The notes beneath the pieces were generated by a model. It was not told the DNA's origin and did no database searches. It saw nothing but the letters and a program-made list of their open reading frames with translations. A DNA stretch of 32,000 nt from NCBI RefSeq assembly GCF_054391665.1, contig NZ_CM136172.1, one strand, 5' to 3'. Below are positions 10,628-20,379 of the stretch, one piece after another (position 1 is the first letter of the stretch; each line of letters begins with the position of its first letter). The translations under genes were made by a program, and so were the position numbers.

Positions 10628-10658
10628 ATAGTGGATGATAATTGTGGGTGTTACTTAA

Positions 10659-12008
10659 TCAGAAACGTAAATAATCCTTCGCTGAATCAAACAATGCAGT
10701 AATGGTTGACGATAATAATTTGATAATCGTATCGTAGGTGGAGTTGGCTGTACTGTATTTAGTCGTGATAACCTGCACGTCGGTTTTCATGTTTTCTGCC
10801 TGGCCGTTATAACCCGCCAGCCATGCCTGGTATTCAGCCGTGCTTATTTCGTAGCCGGTGAATTCTTTAGATATATTTTTTTCCTTCCCTTTATCGTCCC
10901 TGTGTACCATTGAGTCTGAAGACTGACTCATACTGTCAATAATCTGAGGGTTGGGAATAATAACATACAGACCGCTACCTTGCGGTTCAACTTCGACAAT
11001 CGGAGAAGGTGTGCGGTGTTTGGGATCGGGTGGAATTACCGGAAGACCTAAAGCGGCGCACCATTTTTCTGCTTCTTCCAGTGGAACACCAATTTTGTCA
11101 GCTGGTGCCGGAGGGTATAAAACATAGTCTGGATTGTAATGATAGTGGAAATCACCATTAGGATATTTATCGATATAATAAAAATGCATCAAGGCCTTTT
11201 GAAATGCATTGACATCAAAAACTATCGCATCGCCTTTTTTATTAGAGTGAGTCCACTTTCCCATATTGCTTTGGATATGTTCACTGAAGTCCTGCCAGTA
11301 TGCGCTCATTATCTCAACGCTATTTGCATAGATTTCGAGGTAGTCGCTACCGAGCACACTCATCAAATCAGCAATATCACTGCATATATATTTATCACTT
11401 TTAAATTCGCTTGAACTACTGGCAGTTAAAGTACTGCTGGTTTCTGAACTTCTCACTTCAGGTGCAGAACTCTCTAAAGAAGCGATAGCGTGAGTTAAGG
11501 TTCCTTTGGTCGTTGCCATTGCAATTGACCCGGTTGTGTTGTCAGCAACGTTAGCCAGGGTTTTTCTCACAGAGTTATGCAGGGTCAATATTTTAGCGGG
11601 ATCCTTTAACTTTCCGTCAATAGTATTAACATTTTCTGTAAGCTGCAGAACGTTTTTTATCAGCAAATAACTTTCGTGTAAGAGCGCGGATCCTTTCTCT
11701 GACAGGTTCTCAGTTGGAAAATTTCTGAGCATGTTTTTAACGAAGTTAAGTTGTATGTCGTGCTGGCATTTCCAGTCTTCATTTCGCGGGCTACATTCAC
11801 TGACTAAAGTTGATAGTTTCTCAACATCTTTCTTGAGCATAGCGCCAATATTATTATCCTTACTGGCGCTGTTATGAAAATTACCCTCGCTTTCGCTGTT
11901 TCCCAGTTGATGAGGCTCCTCACTTTGCGAGGATGCCTCTTTGAGAGGAATGTTTGCATTCTGCTGACGTAGAATATCTATATTTAAATTATTATCTTTA
12001 TTAATCAT
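10659..12008 (-). CDS. eipD: SipD/IpaD-like type III secretion needle-tip protein
   Basis: 449 aa. The C-terminus EYQAWLAGYNGQAENMKTDVQVITTKYSTANSTYDTIIKLLSSTITALFDSAKDYLRF resembles the IpaD/SipD C-terminal coiled coil. Position is downstream of eipB and eipC. Confidence 0.85.
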   Translation of the reverse strand: MINKDNNLNIDILRQQNANIPLKEASSQSEEPHQLGNSESEGNFHNSASKDNNIGAMLKKDVEKLSTLVSECSPRNEDWKCQHDIQLNFVKNMLRNFPTENLSEKGSALLHESYLLIKNVLQLTENVNTIDGKLKDPAKILTLHNSVRKTLANVADNTTGSIAMATTKGTLTHAIASLESSAPEVRSSETSSTLTASSSSEFKSDKYICSDIADLMSVLGSDYLEIYANSVEIMSAYWQDFSEHIQSNMGKWTHSNKKGDAIVFDVNAFQKALMHFYYIDKYPNGDFHYHYNPDYVLYPPAPADKIGVPLEEAEKWCAALGLPVIPPDPKHRTPSPIVEVEPQGSGLYVIIPNPQIIDSMSQSSDSMVHRDDKGKEKNISKEFTGYEISTAEYQAWLAGYNGQAENMKTDVQVITTKYSTANSTYDTIIKLLSSTITALFDSAKDYLRF

Positions 12009-12051
12009 GAGTCATTCCTCCTTAAATATAATTAACTATTATTGCAATTAT

Positions 12052-13203
12052 TTATGAGCGAATGTCTTGAACGATAGCGCTATCAGTATCAATAATGGTT
12101 TGTATTATTTGCTGTAATAAATTAAGTGCCTGATCTCTTCCTTGAACATCACGACTAATTTGATCCAGATAGCTACTCATAACTGAATGCATAACATTTT
12201 TAGCCTGTTCAACAATGTCTTTTTCTGCATGAGTAGTGCTTTCTAGATATCTAGATGTTGCTCGAATTGATTCATTGCTAAGCTGTGAAAGTACATCTGC
12301 TTTACCTATAGTAAAATATTTATTATACCTATTGTTATGTTTTGTGCTAATTTTCTCGTTTGTATCTCTAATCTTTTCTAGAGTAGCTTCTTTTTCTTTA
12401 TCATATGATTTCAGCGCCTCTTCTTTTTCTTTTTCATTAAGATTCGTATCTTTCGTTGTATTTTTTATTTTTTCATCTATTTGTTTGAGAGAAGCTTGTT
12501 GCTCTATAACTTCCCTTTTTGACGCGCGCTGTGCATTATCATCAGTTCTTTCGATAGTATGCTCTTGGTCAGGTGTAAGGGTTACCATCTTTTTGGGATG
12601 GCTTCTGTAATTTGCTACGGCAGATGCCGAGGCCCCGACTGCGCCAACTCCTGACCCGATAATAACACCTATCGAACTTGCTGCTGTGGCGCGTTCGGTT
12701 TCTTTTCTCTGATACTGGACAAGTTGTTCAAAAACATTGCTCATAATAGCCTCAGACATAGCTGAGGCTTTATACATTGATGTGAATACCCTTAAAAATT
12801 CCTCCATAACAGCTTGTTGTCGCATGGTCAAATTATCTAGCATATCAAGGATATTAAATTTAGATATTTTAATAGTGGTCTGCTCTGTAGAACTGCTTGA
12901 TTGACTGGATGTAATTGTAGGTTTGTTAAGGTCACCCCTCAAATTATCTAGCGTATTCCTTGAATAATTAAGATTATCCAATAGTTTTACTCTTAGTTCC
13001 GGACAGACTTCTCTGTCTGTATTTTTTAATATTATAAACTGAGAGCTTATGTCATGCTTAATATCTTTAAGGTTATAGTATTGCACAATTTTATTATCAT
13101 TTGGTATGTTGTTTTCTTTACTATAATCTCTATCAAAGATTGTTTTATCGAGATTGTTAATATTATGTGTGCTGGTCGCATTTTTAATTTCATAGGTGGC
13201 CAT
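12052..13203 (-). CDS. eipC: SipC/IpaC-like minor translocator
   Basis: 383 aa with a central hydrophobic glycine/alanine segment (ASSIGVIIGSGVGAVGASASAVA), coiled-coil region and a Ser/Thr-rich N-terminal portion. Lies between EipB and EipD as in sip/ipa loci. Confidence 0.78.
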   Translation of the reverse strand: MATYEIKNATSTHNINNLDKTIFDRDYSKENNIPNDNKIVQYYNLKDIKHDISSQFIILKNTDREVCPELRVKLLDNLNYSRNTLDNLRGDLNKPTITSSQSSSSTEQTTIKISKFNILDMLDNLTMRQQAVMEEFLRVFTSMYKASAMSEAIMSNVFEQLVQYQRKETERATAASSIGVIIGSGVGAVGASASAVANYRSHPKKMVTLTPDQEHTIERTDDNAQRASKREVIEQQASLKQIDEKIKNTTKDTNLNEKEKEEALKSYDKEKEATLEKIRDTNEKISTKHNNRYNKYFTIGKADVLSQLSNESIRATSRYLESTTHAEKDIVEQAKNVMHSVMSSYLDQISRDVQGRDQALNLLQQIIQTIIDTDSAIVQDIRS

Positions 13204-13215
13204 GTTAGAACCCTC

Positions 13216-14997
13216 TTATACGATAGAATGGGAAGCAAATTTTAAGGTTTCAGTTCGGTGTTGTAATACTCTTACCATCTGACTTACCTCTTGTTCGACG
13301 GTTTTATCCACCCTTTGCAATACTGAAAGCATTTGTTCACGCGTTTTTGATAGATTACTCATGTCCTGTTGTAAAATTGCCATGTCGGCAGAGTTTTCAG
13401 CAACACAATAATTCATTATCGATGTTGCTGTTTCACAGATAGCTAAGCCTATTTTCTCCAGAGTATTACTTATCTTGGCAATCAACTTCAAAACTACGAC
13501 TGATGTTTGTATCATGCTGCATACTCTGTTTAATACCTTTATAATATTTTTTGAAACGGATTTAATAATAGATTCAATGGTTGATTTTATAGTGCTTGTT
13601 ATTTCTTTGGTGACTTCTTCTGCGGCTGTTTTTGATAATGCAGAAACAACGGCCCCTATTGCTACAGAACATATTACAGCTGCACCAATCATTACTGTCG
13701 CCATGACAATAGAAGCGGCTGCACTTGCGTAAATACTTTTAACCAGTTCAATCGTATCTTGATCGACACCAATAACGTCCAGAAGCGCGGTGATTGCGAG
13801 CAGAGTGGGATCAACTGTTTTAATAGCAGCCGAAAGACCTTCTACAACTTTCCCTAAAATCCAGCCGGTAGCCGTGGTGCCCAGAGCGATTTGACAAGTG
13901 ATATCTACACCTAATACTACTGCGCCCGCTATTCCTCCAATAAGTGCCAATGCACCCGCAATACTTGAACCACCACTTGGAACTGCAGCAAGAAGACCAA
14001 CAACAATTAAGATTGCGCTCATGGCAATGGTAGCTACAGTTACACACTCATTAACGATTTTTACAACTTTTGTCCATTTAGTATATTTACGCGCTGTTTC
14101 ATTGAGTTTATTTTCCCTGACATGGTTAATCTCTTTCATTACCTCAGACTGATTTTTAATAGATTCGCAATTGGTATCACCAATAACTTCCATTACTGAG
14201 GTAATCAAAAGGATAAATGTGGCTGTCGCGTTTCTGTTTTTCTGGTTTTCCTGGGTCAGGCAAATATTGGTGGTAAAGTTATTAATCTGTTCTTGCTGTT
14301 GAATTTCGTCAAAAATTTCCATACTTTGGCCGATCGCAGCATCAGCATCCATAATGGCTGTATTTAACGATTTCTCAGCTAACGATTTTTTTTGTAATGA
14401 TAGCGTGAGTGTTTTCTCAGCCGCATTTTTTTGCGTCAGCACTTTATTATATTGCGGATCGCCAGGTTGCAGTTGCGACAGCTCTTGATTCAATGCATTG
14501 ACTTTTTTCTCCAGCGATTGCACCTTTTTATCGACCGCATTGTAATTATTATTGGCCTGATGCATGATGTCGTCGGCTTTTTGCGCGGAATCTAATGACG
14601 AGGAGTAAGCGTCACTTAATTCACGAAACTTATTATGTGCCATTTCGTGTCGAAGCAGGGTGCTGTCAAGGTTATTATGCAATCGTGTTGTAATATCCTG
14701 ATCGGCAATGCCTGTTAGATTACCCAAAATCATCGTCAGGCGGGCATCGTTCGTCTTTGCTGTAGTGGCGTTGTCTGAATCTAAAACCTGCATTTCAGGC
14801 GGAGCAAGCATCGGTTTGTTTTCAAGACGAGCGCGAATATCATTATCAAGGGATTTCGGGTTTTTATTAAGCCGCATGGGATCAACTTGCGTTTTGCTGC
14901 TGTCCTGCAGTCTTTTTTCCGCATCGCTATACTGTGTGCGCAATGTTTCGCTGATTTGTTCAAACGTGATCGTTTGTCCCGTAATCGGTGCCGACAT
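13216..14997 (-). CDS. eipB: SipB/IpaB-like major translocator
   Basis: 593 aa. N-terminal coiled coils and two hydrophobic regions (VTVATIAMSAILIVVGLLAAVPSG...; AAASIVMATVMIGAAVICSVAIGAVVSAL). A strong Shine-Dalgarno (aaggaggtgaattATG) precedes the ATG at 14997. Confidence 0.87.
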   Translation of the reverse strand: MSAPITGQTITFEQISETLRTQYSDAEKRLQDSSKTQVDPMRLNKNPKSLDNDIRARLENKPMLAPPEMQVLDSDNATTAKTNDARLTMILGNLTGIADQDITTRLHNNLDSTLLRHEMAHNKFRELSDAYSSSLDSAQKADDIMHQANNNYNAVDKKVQSLEKKVNALNQELSQLQPGDPQYNKVLTQKNAAEKTLTLSLQKKSLAEKSLNTAIMDADAAIGQSMEIFDEIQQQEQINNFTTNICLTQENQKNRNATATFILLITSVMEVIGDTNCESIKNQSEVMKEINHVRENKLNETARKYTKWTKVVKIVNECVTVATIAMSAILIVVGLLAAVPSGGSSIAGALALIGGIAGAVVLGVDITCQIALGTTATGWILGKVVEGLSAAIKTVDPTLLAITALLDVIGVDQDTIELVKSIYASAAASIVMATVMIGAAVICSVAIGAVVSALSKTAAEEVTKEITSTIKSTIESIIKSVSKNIIKVLNRVCSMIQTSVVVLKLIAKISNTLEKIGLAICETATSIMNYCVAENSADMAILQQDMSNLSKTREQMLSVLQRVDKTVEQEVSQMVRVLQHRTETLKFASHSIV

Positions 14998-15052
14998 AAT
15001 TCACCTCCTTTTTAAGCTATCATCGGGTGTAATTAATTCTTTTTTATTTAAC

Positions 15053-15234
15053 TCATGGCAGATGTTTATTCCCATCTAAAATGGCATCAACGGGAAAGTA
15101 AGCAATGTGTTTATTGTTATTCTTCTCATTTATTTTATCGCTATGGTTATTTTTAAATCAACCGGGGCTTTCTCATGATATTTCCTGGTTAACTCTTCAG
15201 GCGTAAAAGAAGAGTTTTTTCCGTTTATGTTCAT
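15053..15234 (-). other. Small split ORF between eicA and eipB: 34-aa frame-0 ORF (15130..15234), or a 60-aa product if a -1 shift occurs at T TTA AAA (15151-15157)
   Basis: Frame 0: MNINGKNSSFTPEELTRKYHEKAPVDLKITIAIK*. The -1 continuation is ...VDLK/NNHSDKINEKNNNKHIAYFPVDAILDGNKHLP* with its stop at 15053-15055. Start is 7 nt after the eicA stop. Confidence 0.35.
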
Positions 15235-15243
15235 TTTGCCGAC

Positions 15244-15741
15244 TCACTCTGTTTGAACTTCCTCTTCGGTATTGGCTGTCAAGAGTTCAAGATAAGCAGT
15301 AGCCATCTCTTTAATTTTTTCATTTTGGCTGTAGGTTACGACTGTATTAAATAACTCCGTGGCCATTTTAGTGTTTTTTAAGCCCATCTGGCACTGGCCC
15401 ATGTAATAAACCAAAGAGAAATCGTTATCGGGAGATAGCATTAAACAGATATGATACATGTCGAATGCCTTTTGATAATCTTTCTTCAACTGACAGACGG
15501 CGGCATATCCTTTTAAATAGTTATAATTTTGGAAATCATAAATACAGAGAAATTTAAAAAAGAGTTCAGCTTCGTCAAGTCTTCCTTTTTCATAAAAGTT
15601 ATAAGCGTAAGCATAAACGCCTTCAAGTGTATCCGGAGTAATGCCATGCAGCTCTGCAAGTGTTGCTCCCATACCTAGTGCACGTTCGAACTTACTGGCA
15701 ATTTCTTTATTTTCTTCTAAATCCAGATTTGCGCTTTCCAT
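15244..15741 (-). CDS. eicA: SicA/IpgC-type class II T3S chaperone (TPR)
   Basis: 165 aa. GATLAELHGITPDTLEGVYAYAYNFYEKGRLDEAELFFKFLCIYDFQNYNYLKGYAAVCQLKKDYQKAFDMYHICLMLSPDN shows characteristic SycD/IpgC TPRs, immediately upstream of the translocators. Confidence 0.9.
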   Translation of the reverse strand: MESANLDLEENKEIASKFERALGMGATLAELHGITPDTLEGVYAYAYNFYEKGRLDEAELFFKFLCIYDFQNYNYLKGYAAVCQLKKDYQKAFDMYHICLMLSPDNDFSLVYYMGQCQMGLKNTKMATELFNTVVTYSQNEKIKEMATAYLELLTANTEEEVQTE

Positions 15742-16042
15742 CTCTACTCTCTCCTTTCGAACATTCTTTGTGCAGACTTCACCATTTTTTAGAGGGTGGT
15801 GATATCAAAATTCGCTCATTTTTATGCCCATCCGTTGGGCTTCCTTTTCTTCATTAAAAACAAGTATTGTTTCAATGAGATAAGATTTTCTATGTGATGA
15901 AATGAAAACAATGTAGAGGGAAATTCCTCCACAATCCTGATGAACGGGTGCAATTTTGATTGGAATTTGAAAAAGCAGGTGATTTACTGATGTGCGAGCG
16001 TACGTCAGCGGCTGCTGGCCTGAGCGCGGAGGTGTGCGAAAT

Positions 16043-16336
16043 TCACATATCCGGGCATTCCACCTTACCCAGCGCTTCCCAGTAGTTATTCTGATTATTA
16101 CGCTCCATCGCCACAATAGCTTCGCGGATATGTTGTTTGTTATTCTCATCAGACAACATTAATTTTTCCCACGCTTCGTCTGATAATGACGCCTGTGGCG
16201 TGCAAATTTTACGTAAATCTTGCAATACCGTGGTCTTTTCTTTTGCCGACTGTAGAGAACTGAATGGCGATTCGGCCTGAGAAATGGCTGAAAAAGTCAG
16301 GAATACGGTAATCATGAGTAGCATCGTTGGCTTCAT
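16043..16336 (-). CDS. yicS: YicS family small exported protein
   Basis: 97 aa from the MKPTMLLMITVFLTFSAISQAES start; recognised as the K-12 YicS sequence. Next to nlpA as in K-12. Confidence 0.9.
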   Translation of the reverse strand: MKPTMLLMITVFLTFSAISQAESPFSSLQSAKEKTTVLQDLRKICTPQASLSDEAWEKLMLSDENNKQHIREAIVAMERNNQNNYWEALGKVECPDM

Positions 16337-16545
16337 AGCTGCAACCTTCTGCAAATGTGCATCGAATGAAGCATAAGTGTAGTTTGCTTTTGCCGCTCTC
16401 ATCATGCTGTACGAAAGGTGTTTGCGTGGTCAGTAAGAAGTGCCAGTTTTATATACCTTTTTCTTCTATTCGATAGCTTTTCGTTTTTTAAATCGTAGTG
16501 ATCTTGCCATTATAGTCAGTTAACGATTAAAAAAAGGATAAAAAA

Positions 16546-17364
16546 GTGAAACTGACAACACATCATCTACGGGTGGGGGCCTCATTATTGCTGGCAGGAA
16601 TTCTGCTGGCAGGTTGCGACCAGAGCAACAGCGATGAAAAGCACATTAAAGTGGGCGTTATTAATGGCGCAGAACAAGATGTCGCGGAAGTCGCTAAAAA
16701 GGTGGCAAAAGAGAAGTATGGCCTCGATGTTGAACTGGTAGGATTTAGCGGTTCGTTGCTACCGAACGATGCGACAAATCATGGCGAGCTTGATGCGAAC
16801 GTCTTCCAGCATCGCCCCTTTCTTGAACAAGATAATCAGGCGCATGGTTATAAACTGGTAGCGGTGGGAAATACGTTTGTCTTCCCCATGGCGGGTTATT
16901 CCAAAAAAATCAAAACCGTGGCGCAAATAAAAGAAGGCGCGACAGTGGCGATCCCCAACGACCCGACCAACCTTGGTCGCGCGCTTTTACTGTTGCAAAA
17001 AGAGAAGCTAATTACTCTGAAAGAGGGAAAAGGGTTACTACCTACCGCGCTGGATATAACCGAGAATCCTCGTCATTTGCAGATTATGGAACTCGAGGGG
17101 GCACAGCTCCCGCGCGTACTGGATGATCCCAAAGTTGATGTGGCGATTATCAGCACCACTTACATTCAGCAGACCGGGCTTTCTCCGGTGCACGACAGCG
17201 TATTTATTGAAGATAAGAATTCGCCGTATGTGAATATTCTGGTGGCACGGGAAGATAATAAGAATGCAGAAAACGTGAAGGAATTTCTGCAATCTTATCA
17301 ATCGCCCGAAGTCGCTAAAGCGGCAGAAACCATCTTTAACGGTGGCGCGGTGCCTGGCTGGTAA
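16546..17364 (+). CDS. nlpA: Lipoprotein 28, MetQ/NlpA family
   Basis: 272 aa. Lipobox LLLAGILLAGC and MetQ-like body HIKVGVINGAEQDVAEVAKKVAKEKYGLDVELVGFSG.... Confidence 0.96.
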   Translation: MKLTTHHLRVGASLLLAGILLAGCDQSNSDEKHIKVGVINGAEQDVAEVAKKVAKEKYGLDVELVGFSGSLLPNDATNHGELDANVFQHRPFLEQDNQAHGYKLVAVGNTFVFPMAGYSKKIKTVAQIKEGATVAIPNDPTNLGRALLLLQKEKLITLKEGKGLLPTALDITENPRHLQIMELEGAQLPRVLDDPKVDVAIISTTYIQQTGLSPVHDSVFIEDKNSPYVNILVAREDNKNAENVKEFLQSYQSPEVAKAAETIFNGGAVPGW

Positions 17365-17367
17365 TTC

Positions 17368-18291
17368 TCACTCATGCCGCGCCGGACGATTTATTTTTCT
17401 GGCGCGGCGACGAGAATCCATTGAAATCAAAATCACCGATGACAGAATCAGCAGCGTTCCCAGCCAGTCCGGCAATGTGAACGTGATCCCCAGCAACAGC
17501 AAAGAGAGCAGCGCGCTACTTAATGGTTCTGCACAGCTCAGAATGCTGGCTTTTGGCCCGCCAATGAGCTGTGCGCCTTTCAGATATAGACTAAAGGTTA
17601 GCGAAGTTCCGATTACCACCAGATAGAAAAACGCCAGAATCAGGCTGCCATTAACCACGAAGTTTGTTCCTTGCCCGGCATAGAAGGGCAGCAGGATCAG
17701 ACCACCGATCAGCATACTCCAGCCGACGACCGGTAACGTGCCATAGCGGGCAATCAGCGTTGAGGGATAGGTGGTATAGAATGCAGCAGCAAATGCCGAG
17801 GCAATGCCCCAGAATAACGCGGCCGGAGAGATCGATAATGACGTCGGATTACCGTGTGTCACCAATAAAAAAGTCCCGATCAGCGATGTCAAAATAGCGC
17901 AGAAAACCAGAATGCCCGGGCGAGATTTACGCACCAGTGAGAACCAGGCGACGATAATCGTCGGTGAGAGGAATTGCAGCACCGTTGCCGTGGCAGCATT
18001 CGATTTTTCAATGGTTAGTAAAAAAGTGAGCTGTACGGTTAGCGCACCAACCACGGAAAAAATCAGCAGACTAATGGCATCTTTGTGATTGTTAATAATA
18101 GAAAAGATTTTATCGCCATGCACAAATGACAGCGTCAGCAGAATCAAACCGGCGAATATCAAACGCGTCATAGTCAAAAACTGCGACGACATCTGGCTTT
18201 GCTCCATGATGTATTGCGCGCAGACCCCTGAACTTCCCCACAACACGGCGGCAATCAGAACGTTCAGCATCCCCTTTCTGGTGGAACCCAT
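17368..18291 (-). CDS. yicL: EamA/DMT-family inner membrane transporter YicL
   Basis: 307 aa with about ten hydrophobic segments and EamA signatures. Syntenic between nlpA and setC. Confidence 0.92.
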   Translation of the reverse strand: MGSTRKGMLNVLIAAVLWGSSGVCAQYIMEQSQMSSQFLTMTRLIFAGLILLTLSFVHGDKIFSIINNHKDAISLLIFSVVGALTVQLTFLLTIEKSNAATATVLQFLSPTIIVAWFSLVRKSRPGILVFCAILTSLIGTFLLVTHGNPTSLSISPAALFWGIASAFAAAFYTTYPSTLIARYGTLPVVGWSMLIGGLILLPFYAGQGTNFVVNGSLILAFFYLVVIGTSLTFSLYLKGAQLIGGPKASILSCAEPLSSALLSLLLLGITFTLPDWLGTLLILSSVILISMDSRRRARKINRPARHE

Positions 18292-18401
18292 TTTTCCCTC
18301 TGCATACTGTTTTGTCGTTTATGTATGCAGGCATGATAGCAAAAATGGCGAGGATGGCTCTGTTTGCGCCACGCCGATTTTTCTTAGCCCAGACAGGTGA
18401 G

Positions 18402-19586
18402 CTAAATATCTTTAATAAACAGCAGGCAAATCATCGCAATACCCAACATCCCTATCGCCAGCCAGAACAACGCGTGGTAGCTCCAGATTTCAACCATAAT
18501 TCCGTCAACAGAGCCGGCGATAATCCAGCCGACGCGTGAAGTATTTGCATATAACGTTGTCGCAGAGCCTATTTTTTCAGGCATCAGGTCCTGAAAATAA
18601 AGCATGCCGATACCACAGAGAATACCAAGGAAGATGGCATTTAGAATTTGCAATTCCAGCTCAACTGCCGGAGTCGTCGCCATGAGTACGCTGGCGTAAA
18701 AACACATTCCACTCACGATAGCAATGAGCATTAATAGCCGCTTGCCAATACGTTTCATGTAATAGCCTGCGATTAACATCATCGGAATTTCCAGACCGGC
18801 AGCAATACCAATCATTTCTCCAGCCAGTTTATCGGTTAGATGCAGTTCATCAATAATAAATAGCGGCATATTTATCATGTAGAGATTATTCGCCGCCCAC
18901 ATCATTGAACAAACCACGAAAAGTAGCCGTGTATCCCGCTTCCTATGGGTGGAGGGTAAAATTTCTACGGGTTGGGTAACGACAGGAATATTTCTTTGTA
19001 TTGATGGCAAAAACAACCAGACTATCAGCCCGCAAACAACAAATGCGATGGCTGCGGTGAGATACATCACTTTAAAACTAAATCCCATTGCCAGCTCATA
19101 AGCGAGCGGTGGCCCGATAACCCAGGCAAGCGAGATCTGAGCACGTAAAAATGTACTGAACATTACCGTCTCACGGCCTGTTCTGTCGGCGTGTTCACGG
19201 GCGAGGGCGAACATTTGCGGGTTTGCGGTGGAAGCAAAACTACTCAGAAGTACGCCCGTAGAGAGGAGAATGAAGTAGTTGCGATTCCACGCAAAAAGCG
19301 TGCAGGCCAGCACTCCAAATAAGCAACATAGCAGGATCAGTAATTTACGGTCGCCTTGTTTATCGGAGTGTCTTGCCAGAAATTGACTGACAAGAATTCC
19401 CATAATAGCGCTACCGGTGAAGAAAAAACCTACCATTATAGGACGGGCTTTCAGTTCATCTGCGAGGAATATACTTAGGGTAGGAGTCTGGAGAGCGCCC
19501 GCAATACCCGTCAGAAAGGCGACAAGTAAAAATGCCGCGGCAGTGAGATCAAGTATTTTTGATGGAGTGGTAGCCGTTTTTTGCAT
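18402..19586 (-). CDS. setC: Sugar efflux transporter (MFS)
   Basis: 394 aa. MFS protein with FFFTGSAIMGILVSQFLARHSDKQGDRK. Syntenic next to the selC locus. Confidence 0.93.
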   Translation of the reverse strand: MQKTATTPSKILDLTAAAFLLVAFLTGIAGALQTPTLSIFLADELKARPIMVGFFFTGSAIMGILVSQFLARHSDKQGDRKLLILLCCLFGVLACTLFAWNRNYFILLSTGVLLSSFASTANPQMFALAREHADRTGRETVMFSTFLRAQISLAWVIGPPLAYELAMGFSFKVMYLTAAIAFVVCGLIVWLFLPSIQRNIPVVTQPVEILPSTHRKRDTRLLFVVCSMMWAANNLYMINMPLFIIDELHLTDKLAGEMIGIAAGLEIPMMLIAGYYMKRIGKRLLMLIAIVSGMCFYASVLMATTPAVELELQILNAIFLGILCGIGMLYFQDLMPEKIGSATTLYANTSRVGWIIAGSVDGIMVEIWSYHALFWLAIGMLGIAMICLLFIKDI

Positions 19587-19973
19587 TCTTCTGAATCACC
19601 GGGCGACAAAATATAACTGAGTTACAAATAAGTACCAGTCGAATGAGTATTGTATTAAGAATTTTTGAGTGTCGCTGATACAACCAGAAAGCAATGCTAG
19701 CGCAATATTATAGGGCCAGCAATTGAGATTATTAGCAAAAGCATGTTAAGAATTAATCACCGAATTTATATATTAATTATAGTAAGGCAATGAGCTATTT
19801 TTGATAGTAAAAATAAAACAAGTTGATTTGATATATTAAATGAAAAAATTAATCTTGATGACAGTCTGATTATTGGTGAAGTTTACAGGTCAGTTTTTTT
19901 CGCCAGCTGTTAAAGGAATAGAATCGTCGTATAAAAAAGGGTGTTATGGAGCGTGTAAAACAATATCTTCACC

Positions 19974-20150
19974 TTAATGGCGATACAGTTGGCTGAGAGC
20001 CAGCAGGGGGCAAATCACCTGCAAATAAACACGGCACATGCTGGCGCGCATATCGCGGATGCGTTCGAGGACAGAAGAACCGACAGGCGGATTCTTCAGT
20101 CGCTCATCGTCCATCACAAAACTTTTGATCAGGTATTCCTGAAGCCGATT
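19974..20150 (-). pseudogene. Probable remnant of a RhuM-family protein
   Basis: Translated fragment NRLQEYLIKSFVMDDERLKNPPVGSSVLERIRDMRASMCRVYLQVICPLLALSQLYRH resembles the RhuM segment '..LREYLxKGFxxDDERLKN...RIRDIRxSExxxYxxV..'. Only a short piece is open. Confidence 0.55.
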
Positions 20151-20223
20151 GAATATTGAGCAGATAGAAAATCTCTGGAATGACAGTATTACAAGGGGTT
20201 GGAGAATGTCAGAAGAGGCTAAT

Positions 20224-20247
20224 TGGCGGAAGATCACAGGAGTCGAA
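20224..20247 (-). repeat. selC tRNA 3'-end copy (att-type direct repeat), setC-proximal boundary of the island
   Basis: TGGCGGAAGATCACAGGAGTCGAA is the exact reverse complement of TTCGACTCCTGTGATCTTCCGCCA, the 3' end of E. coli tRNA-Sec. Sequence beyond it (tatgagt...) no longer matches selC. Confidence 0.9.
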
Positions 20248-20379
20248 TATGAGTATTAATATATTGATTTTAAATGATTAATCTGTGTTGGATAAATGAA
20301 TAACCCCCATAAGAACCCCCAAATAAATTTGCGTGAGGGAATGAAGCTAAAATACATAATTGAATTCATTCTTAGAGCT

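Noticed and set aside
13216-14997. Possibility that EipB is a colicin-like pore-forming toxin because of its hydrophobic hairpins
   Set aside because: Coiled-coil N-terminus, chaperone gene upstream and EipC/EipD neighbours fit a SipB/IpaB translocator.
15805-16149. 114-aa minus-strand ORF between eicA and yicS
   Set aside because: It overlaps the yicS 3' end in another frame, has low-complexity basic composition and resembles no family. Probably intergenic/backbone sequence.
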